From the NCBI GenBank assembly GCA_963575745.1, contig CAUYUJ010000077.1, positions 1 through 64,000 of the forward strand: a DNA stretch of 64,000 bases, in the 5' to 3' direction. Below the pieces are notes generated by a model, which was not told where the DNA came from, did not search any database, and was given only the letters and a program-made list of their open reading frames with translations. The position numbers and the translations under genes were made by a program. Below are positions 1 to 13,247 of the stretch, one piece after another (within the stretch, counting starts at the first letter, position 1; the number at the start of each line of letters is the position of its first letter). The DNA is from Prorocentrum cordatum. Taxonomy: Eukaryota.

Positions 1-186
1 CCTCCTCCTCCTCCTCCACCTCCTCCTCCGCCTCTCCTCCTCCTCCTCCTCCTCCTCCTCCTCCTCCTCCTCCTCCTCCTCCTCCTCCTCCTCCTCCTCC
101 TCCTCTCTCCTCCTCCTCCTCCTCCTCCTCCTCCTCCTCCCTCCTCCTCCTCCTCCTCCTCCTCCTCCTCCTCCTCCTCCTCCTCC
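1..186. repeat. (CCT)n microsatellite
   Basis: Near-perfect CCT run. Similar CCT/GGA runs occur at ~2455-2590, 3735-3900, 20050-20180, 23850-23900 and 24145-24370. Confidence 0.95.
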
Positions 187-188
187 GC

Positions 189-251
189 CTCCCCGTCCGC
201 GGCGATCCTCTCGAACCGCTGGACGCAGCCTGGCACCAGGACGTGCGACAC
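189..251 (-). CDS. Putative micro-exon of a minus-strand host gene (VSHVLVPGCVQRFERIAADGE)
   Basis: Acceptor ggcag|GTG, donor GAG|GC; 63 bp, phase 0/0, GC3-rich codons, protein-like peptide between repeats. Confidence 0.5.
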
Positions 252-269
252 CTGCCGCGCTGGAAGCAG

Positions 270-450
270 GAGAGCCCCAGAATCGAATCGACGAGTCGGA
301 GCGGCGATCGGAGGGAATCGGATCGGCAGAGATCGGCGGCCGAATCGGGACAAGCCGAACCGGAAGACATCGGCAGGCAAGCGGAGTCCGAATCGAATCG
401 GAGTCGGAGTCCATCGGAGTCGAATCGAATCGAACCGGAGGAATCGAAAT
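270..450. repeat. Degenerate GAATC/ATCGG short-unit repeat
   Basis: Recurrent gaatcg/ggatcg/gagtcg units. Confidence 0.7.
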
Positions 451-1679
451 GAGCCCTGGTTGTAGGGGTGAGAGGGGGGCCCGGAGATCGGGAGGTCAGC
501 TGAGACAGCCGCGGCCGCAGCTCAAATCCGTTCAGAATCGGCCCCAGCACACCACTGTCGGGGTCCGTCTGGACTCGCTTGCCGAGGCGGGTGCGGCGGT
601 CCCGGCGGGACGCCTCTGGGGGGCCCGAGGAGAGCGAAAACCGCCAGGGCCGCCACCGTGTCGCCTGGGCCCTCCCCCAGGCAGAGGACAGCGGGGAGGC
701 ACAACGTGCGACGCCTGCCGCCAGGAAGGGACGGCACCGTTAGGACTGTAAGGAACGCTCACCAAGGGACGAAGGGGCTCTCTTGGCCACGGCGATCCCC
801 CGACCTTCACCCCAGGCACGGCCCTCAGCCAGAGCCTCCCTGCGAGCCCGAAGAGGGAATCATCTCAGCGACGTGGCCGCAGCGGAGGGGGTGCTGGCGT
901 CCAAGATCGACAGCGGCCGCTGTTGGGCAGGCGACCCTGAGTCTAAAATGGCCAACGCCCGCGACGACACCGACAACAGCGAACGCTGCCCAAATTGGAC
1001 GGGAACCGCTGTTGGCCTTCGTACCCGTTTGTGGGGGGACTCTGGCGGGTCGGGCATAGAAGCATAGATTTGTCAGAGAATCCCTGCGCATGGAGCCGGA
1101 GCCGGCGACGATGGTTACGCCTTGCCCCTCGCATTGTCGACGCCGGCGTGCTGCTGTACATACTCACGCATGCGATCTGCAACCAATGTGCCGCCTTTTC
1201 CTCGCCTCCCTCCGACACATCAATACCCGCCGCCGTCAAGAAACAATTAGCAGCTGCATCGTGTCAAAATACATTACTGTACTGATCCAGGCTCCCGACA
1301 GTAGACCTCTCCGCACGGTGCTTTACTGCACTGTTTTGGGAGATTGGAGGCCCCAATCGCCCGACACGTCGCCCCACACATGTGCCGCCCAGGCACGGTT
1401 CACCTGGCCTGACAGACCCGCCGCGCACAGACTGACGGGCGACTGGCCACGCCACTCCGTGGCGCACGCCCTGCGTCAGGGAGGGGCCCCGCCGCGGGGC
1501 CCCACGGCGGGCCCCGGCCGCCTCCCCCGGCGGCGACCCGCGCACCGGGGCGCACCTGGGCAGCACGTGCCTCCCCGTCTGGCGCAGCGAGAGCCAGCGC
1601 TGGGTAGGCGAACGGCCGCGTGCGTCAGCGATTCCAGGACGGCCCCAATCGTACCACTCTCCCCCCTGCAGCCGCCGGG

Positions 1680-2400
1680 CCGAAGCTGCTGGGGATCGAG
1701 CCCCGCGGGGTCCCCCCCGAGGGGGCCGCTGGCGGCCGCGCCGCCAAATACCAGCAGCTGTAGGTGTATGAGGTGGCCACGCCCCCCCCCTTGTTCCTGA
1801 CCCCCTCTTCCGTCCGAACCGATCCCCCCCTCCCTTCCAGCATTCCCGCCCCCATGCTGCCACCAGGCAGGAAACTGCTGGGGATCGGGCCCGGCTGAGC
1901 CCACGGGGGGGGAGGCCGCTGGCGGCGGCGGCGCCGCAAATACCCGGCGCGGTAGGTGTACGGGGTGGCCACGGTGACCCCCCCCGCTTTTCCCGACCTC
2001 CCTCCCCCCTTCCGTCCGATCGGATCCCACCCCCCTGCCGTCCGAACGGATCCCCCCGTTGCGTTTCCAGCATTCCCCCCCACTCAGCATGGGGGAAACG
2101 GGTCCTGATGAAGTAGGTCCTGGACCCTGGGGCCTTTCCCCAGGACCACCGTTGTCTGACAGTCCCAAGGCCCGTGGAAGGCCCGGGGAGGCCCAAAACG
2201 GCAAAAACCTCAGGACCCGCTTCCCTCAGGACCCGTTTCCCTCATGGCGACTCATCCCCCTTGTGCCGCCGCCAAACGGGAAGCTGCCAGGGATCGAACT
2301 CGGGCGGGACCCCCCCTTGGGGGGGTGGCCGCTGGCGGTGGCGGCGGCGGCGCCAAATAACCGCCGCGGTAGGTGTACGGGGTGACCACAGTGACCTCCA
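1680..2400 (+). repeat. Three diverged copies of a ~110 bp unit
   Basis: gctg.ggggatcg..ccc...ggccgctggcgg...cgccaaata...gtaggtgta.g.ggtg.ccac at ~1683, ~1872 and ~2281. Confidence 0.75.
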
Positions 2401-3099
2401 CCACCCAGGCGCGTTTACCCCCTCCTTTCCCACTCCCCCTCCCCCTCCCCCTTCGCTTCCTCCTCCTCCTCCTCCTCCTCCTCCTCCTCCTCCTCCTCCT
2501 CCTCCTCCTCTTCCTCGTCCTCCTGCTCCTCCTCCTCCTCCTGCTCCTCCTCCTCCTCCTCCTCCTCCTCCTCCTCCTCCTCCTCCCCTCCGTCATCTCC
2601 ATGTTTAATGTATGCTTCCTGGGGGGGAGGAAGGGAGGAGGAATGAAGGGAGGAGGGAGCGAGAAGGCGAGGGGACGGAGGAAAGAGGAGGGAGGGAAGC
2701 GGAGGGGCGGAGGGAGAAGGGAGGGGAGAAAAAGAGGGAAGGAAAAGGCGAGTGGACTGGGGAGGGAGAAGGGCGGAGGAGGAAGGGAGGAATGAGGTGA
2801 GGGGGGAGGAAAGGAGGAGGGAGCGCGTCGCACATTGGAGCAGCAACGTTTTTCATGTTTCACCTGTTCGATACTCATGGAACAGCAACGGCGCCCACAC
2901 ACACATTCACATCTTTACGATCACGTAGACCGAAAAGCCATGGAAGCCGAGCGGAGAAAACGACGCACAGGGTGCCATGCCAGGGAGCGATGCGCACGGA
3001 GCGCCGCGCGTCGGCGCGCCATCTCTTGCGCGCAGCTAGCCTGGGACTCGCGCAGCCGTGACTGACACTTTCGCCCTGTCCGCCGGTGCACGAATAGTA

Positions 3100-3239
3100 A
3101 GTCGGGCATGTCCCCCTACAGGGGGATTTTCGACCGACGAAAAATACTCCAGAATGGTCAACAAAAATACTCAAAAATAGTCGACATACTATTTTTTACT
3201 ATTTTTGAATATTCCTCCTGTAGAGGGACGGGCCCGCCT
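3100..3239. mobile_element. MITE family A (140 bp, TA-flanked)
   Basis: Imperfect TIRs AGTCGGGCATGTCCCCCTACAGG / CCTGTAGAGGGACGGGCCCGCCT, with TA on both sides (3098-99 and 3240-41) and an AT-rich interior. Confidence 0.8.
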
Positions 3240-4529
3240 TAACACTGATATGAACGCTGAAAATGGCACATCCTTTTGAGGGAAACGAGCTCGAGCTCTA
3301 TATATATATATATATATACATATATATATACCGGCGTTTTCTCCGGCCCTGCACTGACACTTGCACAGGAATGCGGATCCTGGTGTATACGGGATCCTGG
3401 TGTATACATGTTTCGCTGCTTCCCGGGGAAAACGGGGGAAAAAGGTATACACCACACCACCCCGACGTCGTCCCCGACCCTCAAAAAGTCCTGAGATTGA
3501 ACAAGAGCACGACACTGGTACTGTATACGCTCCAGTTTCCGATCTCGCCCTCGAAATCCAATGGAGATCTCCGAATCGTCGCACGAGAACAACTGGTCCC
3601 CGCACGGTGCCTCCGGGACATGGGGGCGCGCCGACCGAGCGGCGCGCCGTCGGTGAGCCCGCTCGCCAGCAGCACCCCGCCGCCCGACGAGCTATAGAGG
3701 GCCCTGGCTTGATGGCGCCCCCGCCATCGAGCGGAGGAGGGAGGAGGAGGATGAGAAGGAGGAGGAGGAGGAGGAGGAGGAGGAGGAGGAGGAAGGAGGG
3801 GGGGGGGGAGGGGAGGGGGAGGGAGGAGGAGCAGGAGGAGGAGGAGGAGGAGGAGGAGCAGGAGGAGGAGGAGGAGGAGGAGGAGCAGGAGGAGGAGGAG
3901 GGCGCCAGCCAGCCCAGCGAGGAGGTGGGTGGCCACAGCGACGCCGTGCGGCGGCGGTCGCCGCGGCCGCGCAGCGGCAGCGGCGGCCGGCGGAGGCCAC
4001 ATGCCCTCCGCTCGGCAGCCAGGCGCCTCTCAGCGCGACGCCGCGCGGCGGGCGCGCCCGCTTCCGGGGGCGCCCGCTTCTGGGGGCTCCTGGAACCCCG
4101 TGGGTCTCCGGAGTGGGTCTCTGGAGCCCCCGCCTCGGGCGAACCGAGGCCTGGGGGCTCCTGGAACCCCGTGGGGTCTCCAGAGGGGGCCTCTGGAGCC
4201 CCCGCCTCGGACGGACCGCCCAGCTGGACCCAGAGGGGCCTGAGCGCCTCCAGCTGGGGTCGGCGGGAAGGAGGGCAGGGGCCGAAGGCAGGATTCAGGA
4301 TGGCGGGAGCCCGCGCGACTCCGGCGGCTGAGGAAGCCGAGCGTTCACAGCAGACAACTAGACAGCGCAGCCCGCACGGCTTCGCACGTTGACATAGCAG
4401 CGGGCAGCGGGCGCGGTCACCGTGGCATCGCCGAGCATCTGGCGGATCGCCGCGTCGATGCGGCGGTGCAGCTCCCAGCCAAGCTCCTCCTAGGAGTCCG
4501 CGCCTGCGCGCCCGGCGGCGCGTCGTCGT

Positions 4530-5620
4530 AGTTGCGCCAGAGGCTGTCTGGCAGCTCAAACGCAGCCATGATCGCCAAGTAGAGGCGCCCTAGGACTGCA
4601 ATGGCAGCGAGCGCCACCCAGTGCGGCATCGCCACGCAGGAGGTGTAGCTCAGCGTCTCCCAATCCAGCACGCGCGAGGTCTTGCCCGTGATGTCCTGGT
4701 TGGGCAGCGCCTCACTGTTGATGTCTCCACGGCGAGCACGCAGAATCTGGCGGCTTGCGCGTGCTACCACAAGTGCGAGGCGCTCGGGCGGGACGCTGCG
4801 CGATGCGCACGACACGAGGGACCGACCCTCGCCGGCCACGCCAAGCACCGCCACGAGGTGGCCGAGCAGAGACGCGCCCTCCAGATGCTCCTGGCGCGCG
4901 CGGTGCTGCCCGCGCAGAATGTTGCCCACCGGCGGGTGGTGCATCAACGCCGTGTTGACGAGGCGGGCAGCACGCAATGGGTGATTGCTGACTACTTGGT
5001 GCAACTCGCCATCGCTCGGACGTCCATTCCCCGTGCATCTCTCGATTTCGTGCGTGTAGTTTCGCTCGATGATTAAGAGTTATCCTCTGTTGTCCTCGCC
5101 AAGAAAAAATGCACACGTCCGAGCGATGCCAAGGCACCGCGCGCAACTGCTGCGGGCGTCGCAACAATGTCTGGCGCGAGCTCCAGCATGCTCGCTGCGG
5201 CCAGCCGCGCGCAGCGAGCGCGGCCGTCCTGTAGCCAAATGCACGGCTCGCGCCGCCCCGCATGGCAGTGCCTCTCCGCGCATCAACGACGGGAGGTGTG
5301 TCGTCCGCCGCGAGTGCCCTTCGCGTTCGCAGGCGTGGGTGAGTTCAACAACGCACTGGCGTTGCACAATATGCAAAAACTTCTGGAAACTTAGGCATCA
5401 GCGCTTCTTTGAAACAAACAAGCCAGCCATTGCCACGGCGCGCTGAATCAAATGCCTTGGTGAAACCACAAACGGAATGTGTTGTGTCACTGACGCTAGA
5501 TCGCTAGATGTGGAAACAGCGCTGTTGAACATGTGTCATGCGTATGTAACGGTTGCACAGCAGTCCTGGCAAGTCGCAGTGCGCAGGGAGTCTTGGGAAC
5601 TCCCACACACGTGCTTCTTA
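4530..5620 (-). pseudogene. Decayed non-LTR (LINE, RTE-like) reverse transcriptase fragment
   Basis: Frameshifted FV[D]FTKAFDS motif near 5440-5475, followed by PE[K]FLHIVQ, EIERCTG..GELHQVVSNHPL..RLVNTALM and RASRQILR..PNQDI. These resemble the RT core and C-terminal region of RTE-type ORF2. Stops and frameshifts are present. Confidence 0.55.
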
Positions 5621-5745
5621 TTAAACTGGTTCTGATGAAACGTCTGCGAATCTAGTATACCAGGCGGCTGAATTCTACAGTGGGCACATCCCTGGGAACG
5701 CAAAGAAAACGCACATCCGTCGATTTATTCACACAGTGGCATTCA

Positions 5746-6460
5746 AAGACACACACACAGACACACACACACACAGACGCGCAAAGGCACACACACACAA
5801 ACACAAACACAGACACACACTGACACACACTGACACACACGCACACACAGAGACACAAACACACACACAGACACGCAGACACACACACACACACACAGAT
5901 ACACAGACACACACACAGGCACACACGCAGACACACACACACACAGACACACACAGACACACACACAGACACACACACACACAGACACACACACAGACAC
6001 ACACACAGACACACAGACAGACACACAGGCAGGCACACAGACAGACACACAGACAGACACACACACACACACACACAGGCACACACAGACACACAGGCAC
6101 ACTCAGGCACACTCAGGCACACACAGACACACTCAGACACACACGCAAACACACACACACACAGAGACACACACAGACACAGACAGAGACACACACACAG
6201 AGGCACACACACTCACACAGACAGACAGACAGACACAAACACAGACACCGACACAGACACTGAAACACAGACACAGACAGGCAGAGAGACAGACCGACAG
6301 ACAGACAAACAGACAGAGACAGACAGACAGACAGCCAGACAGACAGAGCGACACACACACACACACACGCACGCACGCACGCACGCACGCTCGCTCGCAC
6401 GCACACAGACACATGGAGATAGAGGGAGAGAGAGAGAGAGACAAGTAAGGATAGAGAGAG
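5746..6460. repeat. Compound (CA)n/(CAGA)n/(GCAC)n/(GA)n microsatellite
   Basis: Seen directly. Confidence 0.95.
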
Positions 6461-6953
6461 AGGCAACGACTAAAACAAAAAACATAAACAACTTGCATGT
6501 TCCCCGGACGGTGGATGGAACTGTGTGTTATGCGGTCGGCCCCGCTGGCTTTTAATCCTGTGACATGTCGAATCATGGGACGAGCATACAAACACACATA
6601 CACACAAGACTACTGCCCCAATCTACATGGCGCAACCGAACACCAAGACCAAAGGCGAGGGTCACCTGTTTCGCAACCATGGCAAACTATGGGTAAGCAT
6701 GCTGATTTCTGTGTAGGAGTCGATACGTTGTAGATAGTATGAAACATGTCTGCGCCAATGTACAACGCGCAAGGAGGGAACGCACTAAGGAGGGAGACGG
6801 GAGGACGGGGGTACCCTCCTCCTCCTCCTCCTCTTCCTCGTCCTCCCCCCCTCTTCCCCCCCCTCCCGCCCCATTGAGGGGGGGAGGAGAGCAGCATAAG
6901 GGACGAGGGACGAGGGGGACCCCACTGGCAGTCCTCAAATGCGACGCCTACTA

Positions 6954-7127
6954 CAATCAACACGGTATAGTAAGGACGGGTGGTACGGACGCACGGCCCT
7001 TGGAGGCCGAAATTGGGATTTGTTGAGCGGCGGGCGACCAGTGAAAACGGCAAATGACGGGACGCAGAGGCAAAGAAACAAGGGTACCCTCAATGAAGGC
7101 ACGCGTCCTTACGGGAAGCGTTGACTG
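6954..7127. mobile_element. MITE family B, diverged copy (~174 bp)
   Basis: TA-CAATCAA...TAAGGACG start, internal caagggtaccct, GCGTCCTTA...TTGACTG end; colinear with the 25369-25540 copy. Confidence 0.7.
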
Positions 7128-8190
7128 CACATCGCGATGGGCATGGGGCTTTGATAAGAACGAAGAATGAGCCTCCAAGCGGACAAGCCGCCTGAGGTAT
7201 CCCGACAATCTGAGGGCGACGGGCCAAATGTCACACCCCCTGGCGACTCCCCTGTGGAATCTAAAAATGCAGCGCCTGCAAGATCGCGATGGTCATGGGG
7301 CGTTCAGAGGAACGAACAGTCTGAGCCATGACACAAGCAACCCGCCTGAGCTATGCCCACACCCAAGGCGCGAACGGGCAAATATCACACCCCTGTTGGC
7401 TTCCCCTAGGGGTGCTCAAACCCTACGCCTGCTACATCGCGATGGGCATGGGGCCTTTAGAAAAGGCAAAACACGTTTGAGCCACGAAACAAGCACCCGG
7501 CCTGGGATCTGCCCTCACTCTGGGCGCGAAAGGGCAAATGCCATACCCCCTGGCGGCTCCCCTTAGAGTCCCTCAAAAGCCACGCCTGGTAAAGCGCGAT
7601 GGGCATGGGGCTCTGCAACAAAGATCCAAGTATTAGCCATCCAACGGGCAAACAGCCTGGGGCATCCCCACAAAGATGGGCGCAACCGGGAAAATGCCAC
7701 CCCCAATCGCGGCTCCCCTTCGGGATCCTCAGATGCCACGCCCGCAAGATCACCCGAGACGCACATCGGAGGCCTCTCCCACGAGACTTTGTCAAGGGAG
7801 CAGCGTGCATCTACTGAGGAGGGCTTCTACTAAATGAAGTCATACCGCGTTGAAAAAAGAGCATCGGCTCCACGCCCGCAAGATCACGATGAGCAAGAGG
7901 TCTTGGCAAGGAAGAGAAGCCCGAGCCACGACGCAAAGCACACAGCCCGAGGCATCCCCACAGTCTGGGCGGGAACGCGCACGCGTCACACCCCCTTGTC
8001 GGCTTCCCCTGGGGGTCCTCCAATGACGCGCCCACGGCGTCGCGATGAGCACGGGGCCGTGGCAAGGGAGAAGTCGGAGCCACCAGGCAGACACACTGCC
8101 TGAGATATTCCCCCCAATCTGGGCGCGAACGGGCAAGCGTCATACCCCCCGGAGGCTCCTCCGTGGGGGACGCACATGCGGCGCCTGCCA
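7128..8190 (+). repeat. Diverged tandem repeat, ~153 bp unit, ~6 copies
   Basis: atcgcgatgggcatggggc-like motif at ~7130, 7282, 7435, 7593, 7882 and 8040, each followed by gggc..a.ggg.aaatg.ca.acccc. Confidence 0.7.
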
Positions 8191-8209
8191 AGACTGGTGT
8201 GAGGCAGTC

Positions 8210-8540
8210 TGAGCGTGAGTGAGCCGAGGGTGACTGAATATGCATGAACGAGGTCTCCGTACGAAGGATTCATACTACGAGCGTGAGTCTGTGACGCGAG
8301 TCTAATGAAAAGAGAATATGTCAGTCAGCGAGTCTGAGTACGAGTAAGTCTTGGTATAACTGAGTCGAGTATGAGTGCACAGAAGTGCGACTGTTCTGTG
8401 TGTGAGTGAGTCTCAGTATGGGCGAGTCTGAGTATGACTAAGCCTGCATATGAGTGAGTAGAGTATGAGTCTGAGTGTGAGTCTGAGTGTGAGTCAGCTT
8501 GAGTGTGAGCGAGTCTGAGTCTGAGTGAGCCTGAGTGTGG
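8210..8540. repeat. Degenerate (GAGT/GTGAGTCT) simple repeat
   Basis: Seen directly. Confidence 0.8.
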
Positions 8541-9045
8541 GCGAGGAGGAAGGGGTCGGGAAAGAGGAAGGAGGGAGGTAGAGGCATCGCACTAATAACA
8601 TGAAGCCCATGCTTCAGAAATGGGGGATACTAAGAATGCGTGGAGTCGCGCAGACTTCTCGACTGAAACTATTTGGTTTGGAGGGGGGGAAAAGGGAGGA
8701 GGGAAGGAATGGGAGGGAAGAGGCTTCGCATCGCTTCACAACCCTTTCATGCTCAACTCCAGTGCGCCGACACCGATGCCCTGCGCATGGGATGTTCCAC
8801 CCCGTGGCCCCCATGTCTTTGCTGCGCGGTGGGTCCTGCCGGGCCAAACGCTGGTGGCATGGGCGGCGGATGTTTCCCTGTGAGGAGGGAGTGGTGGATC
8901 GACGGATGGGTGAAACGCAAAAGGAAACGGATCGCTGGGAGATCCGAAATCGCATCGGACCGGGCTGGCTGGAATCGATACTGACATAATCGGACCGGTC
9001 GGATCGCAATGATACTGGAGAAAAAAAAACAAGCATGATCGTTTA

Positions 9046-9335
9046 GGACTGTAGGGCTATAGGGCTATATGGGCTATGAGGGCTACTGGGCTATAGGGTA
9101 ATAAAACTACAGGGCTGTAGGGCTATGGGGCTATAGGGTATAGAGGTATAGGGCTATAGAGCTATAGGGCTATTCGGCTATAGGGCTATAGGGCTATAGA
9201 GCTATAGGGCTATAGAGCTATAGAGCTGTAGGGCTATAGGGCTATAGGGCTATTGGGCTGTAGGGCTATAGGGCTATAGGGCACCCCCTGGCACCTGGGC
9301 ACCCGGGCACCCCCAGGCACCCAAGCACCCGGGCG
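9046..9335. repeat. (GGGCTATA)n 8-bp minisatellite followed by ggcaccc.g 9-mers
   Basis: Seen directly. Confidence 0.9.
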
Positions 9336-9436
9336 TGCGGCGAAAATGAGCGGCAAACCTAACCTAACCATATGAATCCACTAGGACCCCTACAAAGGCA
9401 AGCTCTGATTGGGGAATGGTCGGGAACATCTGTAGA

Positions 9437-9641
9437 GGCCTCCCAGATGAGGTCGGAGTAGATGCGGTCGGGGGATCGAGCCGCATCGCCGATGCATCGC
9501 CAGCGATGCATCGGCGATGCGTCGGCGATGTGTCGGCGATGCATCGGCGATGTGGGCGTGGAGAAAATCGGACACCGCAGATGCATCGGCGATGCGGCGC
9601 GATCCTCCGACTGCATCTACTCCGATCCCATCTGGGAAGCC
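9437..9641. mobile_element. 205-bp hairpin/MITE-like element with ~62 bp inverted arms
   Basis: The left arm GGCCTCCCAGATGAGGTCGGAGTAGATGCGGTCGG...GATGCATC matches the reverse complement of the right arm with few mismatches. The interior is made of catcggcgatg 11-mers. No clear TSD. Confidence 0.75.
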
Positions 9642-9680
9642 AAGACTTCTGACGCCGCCTCCCACGCGCAGCTAGAGGGC

Positions 9681-9764
9681 CCTGGCGCGGCCCGATCCCC
9701 CGACCAGCAGGTCGGCCATGCCCAGCAGCAGTTTCCACGTGGTGTCCACGCTGCCCCCAGCGTT
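9681..9764 (-). CDS. Putative micro-exon (NAGGSVDTTWKLLLGMADLLVGGSGRAR)
   Basis: Acceptor gcccag|AAC, donor AGG|GC; 84 bp, phase 0/0, protein-like. Boundaries are uncertain. Confidence 0.45.
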
Positions 9765-9892
9765 CTGGGCGGGCGGGCGCCAGAGGCCGGCCCGGGCGGG
9801 CGCTCGAGCGAGGGAGAGGAGGGGTGCAGAGGGCGAGCGCGGGGGGGCAGCGGGGAGCTTCGCGGCGGAGGAAATCATGGTCAAACAGGATC

Positions 9893-10990
9893 GTTGTTGT
9901 TGTGATTGTTGTTGTAGCTTGCTGCTTCTTGGTAGTGTTGCTGCTGTTGCTGCCATCGTCGTTGTTGTCTTGTGGTGTTGCGGTTATACGTCGTCATACA
10001 CAAGGGTAGACGCGCACGCCATCAAACAACAACACATATTGCACCAGACCGATTGTACCACGCAGGGTGCGCACCACCACATATGTTGCACTGACTTCTG
10101 CACCACATAGATTGCACCATGTAGACTGCATCACATAAATATGTACATCTATAGATACACACCACAACATGCATTGCACCATTTAGGTTGCACTATGTCG
10201 ATCGCGCCCCGCCAGTTGCGCACCTCATGGATTAACAGACAAAGTATCGCATGTTTGGAGGGCGAGAATGGCTTGATCCCCGGAACGCGATCCCTGTCGG
10301 AACGGGCGGTTCCAATTCAAATAATCACATGCTTGGGCGGCGAGAACATCCAGATCCCTGGATTCTGATCCATGGAATGGAACGCGATCCCTGTCGAAAC
10401 GCGCCCGCCCCTTTGAATCCACGTGACCCCACCCTTCCGACAACAAACTGTGGGTCGCGTGGGTTCACAAGGGCACGCGCGTTCCAACAGGGATCGCGCT
10501 CCATTCCGGGGATCAGAAAGCAGGGATTAGGGTGTTCTCGCCGCCCAGACATGTGATGAAAGTATTGGAACCACTTGTTTCCACATGGATCGGGCTTCGT
10601 TCCAAGGATCAGAAATCAGGTATCAGGCCAGTCTCGCCCTCCAAACATGCGATGGAAAGTTGTTTAACAATTATATGAGGTGCACAATTGGTGGGGCGCA
10701 GCCGACGTGGTGCAACCTAAACGGTGCAATGCATGTTGTCGTATGTGTGTGTCGCAGTCGATGTGGTGCAATGGGCGTGGTGCAAAATATGTGGTGCGCA
10801 AGCTACCTGGTACAATCGGTATGGTGCACTTGCGTGCACGTCTACCCTTCAAATGACGGCATCTTGCGCGACAGATGACCGCCACAACAAACAAACACAA
10901 CGACTACAGCAGCAACAGCGACAGCAACGGCGACAAAGACAACAGCAACGGACATAACCACCACCACCAACAGTAACACCACCAACAACA
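9893..10990. repeat. Long imperfect foldback palindrome (~1 kb), centred near 10440
   Basis: aagggtagacg (10002) pairs with cgtctaccctt (~10849), and gcatgtttggagggcgaga pairs with tctcgccctccaaacatgc. The inner arms 10365-10430 and 10451-10516 also pair. The GTT-rich left flank mirrors the AAC-rich right flank. Confidence 0.85.
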
Positions 10991-11180
10991 ACGAGAACAA
11001 CGACTACGACGTCATCAATAACATTAACAACAACTACTACAGCAACACCAACAACATCAACCACCACAACAACGGCACGACCAACAACACCAACAACAAC
11101 AGCAATTACAGCAGCAACCGCAAACAACAACCACAACACAAACACCAACAACAACAGCAACAGCAACACCACCATCACTC

Positions 11181-12476
11181 ATTCTAAGACTGTTCGCTCT
11201 GACTTGCCCGCGTGTCATTCAAAGCGAGTCCCCCACACCCTCGATACCCGCCCTTTTTGTCTTGGATCATACCCCCTTTGGGGGGGTTCTTTCTCTCTGC
11301 GGGGGGCGGCGGGCTTAGACAAGCGGGCAAACCTGAACGGGCGGACAATCCTTCGTGGGCGTACGTGTGCCCGCCATTCGAATTGGTGCGGGCCCTGCAA
11401 AAAGAGGAGAGGGATAACGAGGGAGAGTGGGAGGAAGGGAGGGGGAGGGACCAGGGACAAACGAAGAGGGAAAACGCCAGGAGAGAAGGAGGGAAGAGGG
11501 GGGCGGTTGATTGGAGGCAGAGAGAGAGAGAGAAAGACAGATAAGAGAGGTAGAGAAAGAGCGAGAGCGAGAGAGGGGAGAGAGAGAGAGAGAGAGGGAG
11601 AGAGAGAGAGAGAAAAAGAAAGAGGGAGGGAGGAGGCAGGAGAGGGGAGGGAGAAGGGAGGAGGAAGAGGAGGGAGAGGGGATAGGGCAGAGAGGCATAA
11701 GGGTGAGGGAAGAGAGGAGGGAGAGAGAAGGGAGGAGAGGAGGCAGGAGGGAGGAGGGAGAGGGAGGAGGAGCAGGAATGTAACAGCGTGAACGTTCGAG
11801 GAAATCCTGGGCGAAAGCGCCGTTCCTGAAGGAAGTCTCGGGCGGGAGCCCACGACGGGCGTGCGATCCCCTGACGGGCGGGTCGGGCGGGTCGGACATT
11901 CAAGCGGGATGCCTGAGTATGGCGAGAGCGCGGTTACTAAGTACATTGTAACGGCGTCCTTGGCGCAGCGTGTATCCTGAGCGTCGAAAGCGCGATTTCT
12001 GAATAAGTTGCATGGAAGTCACAGGCGAGAGCGAAATTCTTGCATAACATGTAAAGGGTTCTCTGGCGGGAGCGGGGGTCTTGATGAAATTGCGTAAAAT
12101 CTTGACTCAATTGCGAGGAAGTCTCAAGCGGGAGCGCCGTTCCCGAGTAAATTGTGAGGAAGTCTCAGATGGGAGCGCCGTTCCCGAGTAAAGTGTGAGG
12201 AAGTCTCAAATGGGAGCGGGATCCTGATTAAATTACGAGGAAGTCACAGGCGGGAGCACCGAGCCTGAGTAAATTGTGAGGAAGTCTCAGGAGCGGGGGG
12301 TCCTGGGTGAATTTGGAGGAAGGCTCAGGCGGAAGCCGTTGTTGTTGTTAACAGGGGGGCCAGGGGCCCAGTTTGAACACGAAGACTTTCGGGCACATTT
12401 CGATTGAGGAAAAATTGAAACAGCATGAACCGGTGAGGGGGGGATCAACAATAATTATTCTTCAGAATTGAAAGCT
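11181..12476 (+). mobile_element. Non-autonomous element, family C copy 1, lying between AAC-rich tracts
   Basis: Starts ATTCTAAGACTG..accctcgatacccgccct, contains a ~41 bp gaggaagtctca..gggagcg tandem array, and ends gggatc-AACAATAATTATTCTTCAGAATTGA (12447-12471). Homologous to 30628-31636. Confidence 0.7.
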
Positions 12477-12479
12477 CAA

Positions 12480-13230
<751 letters not shown>

Positions 13231-13247
13231 TTCTTTTGTTTCTTCTT

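Noticed and set aside
783..1285. Plus-strand protein-like stretches (DVAAAEGVLASKIDSG; RIVDAGVLLYILTHAIC)
   Set aside because: They lie in different frames with no convincing splice sites or motifs; possibly a decayed fragment.
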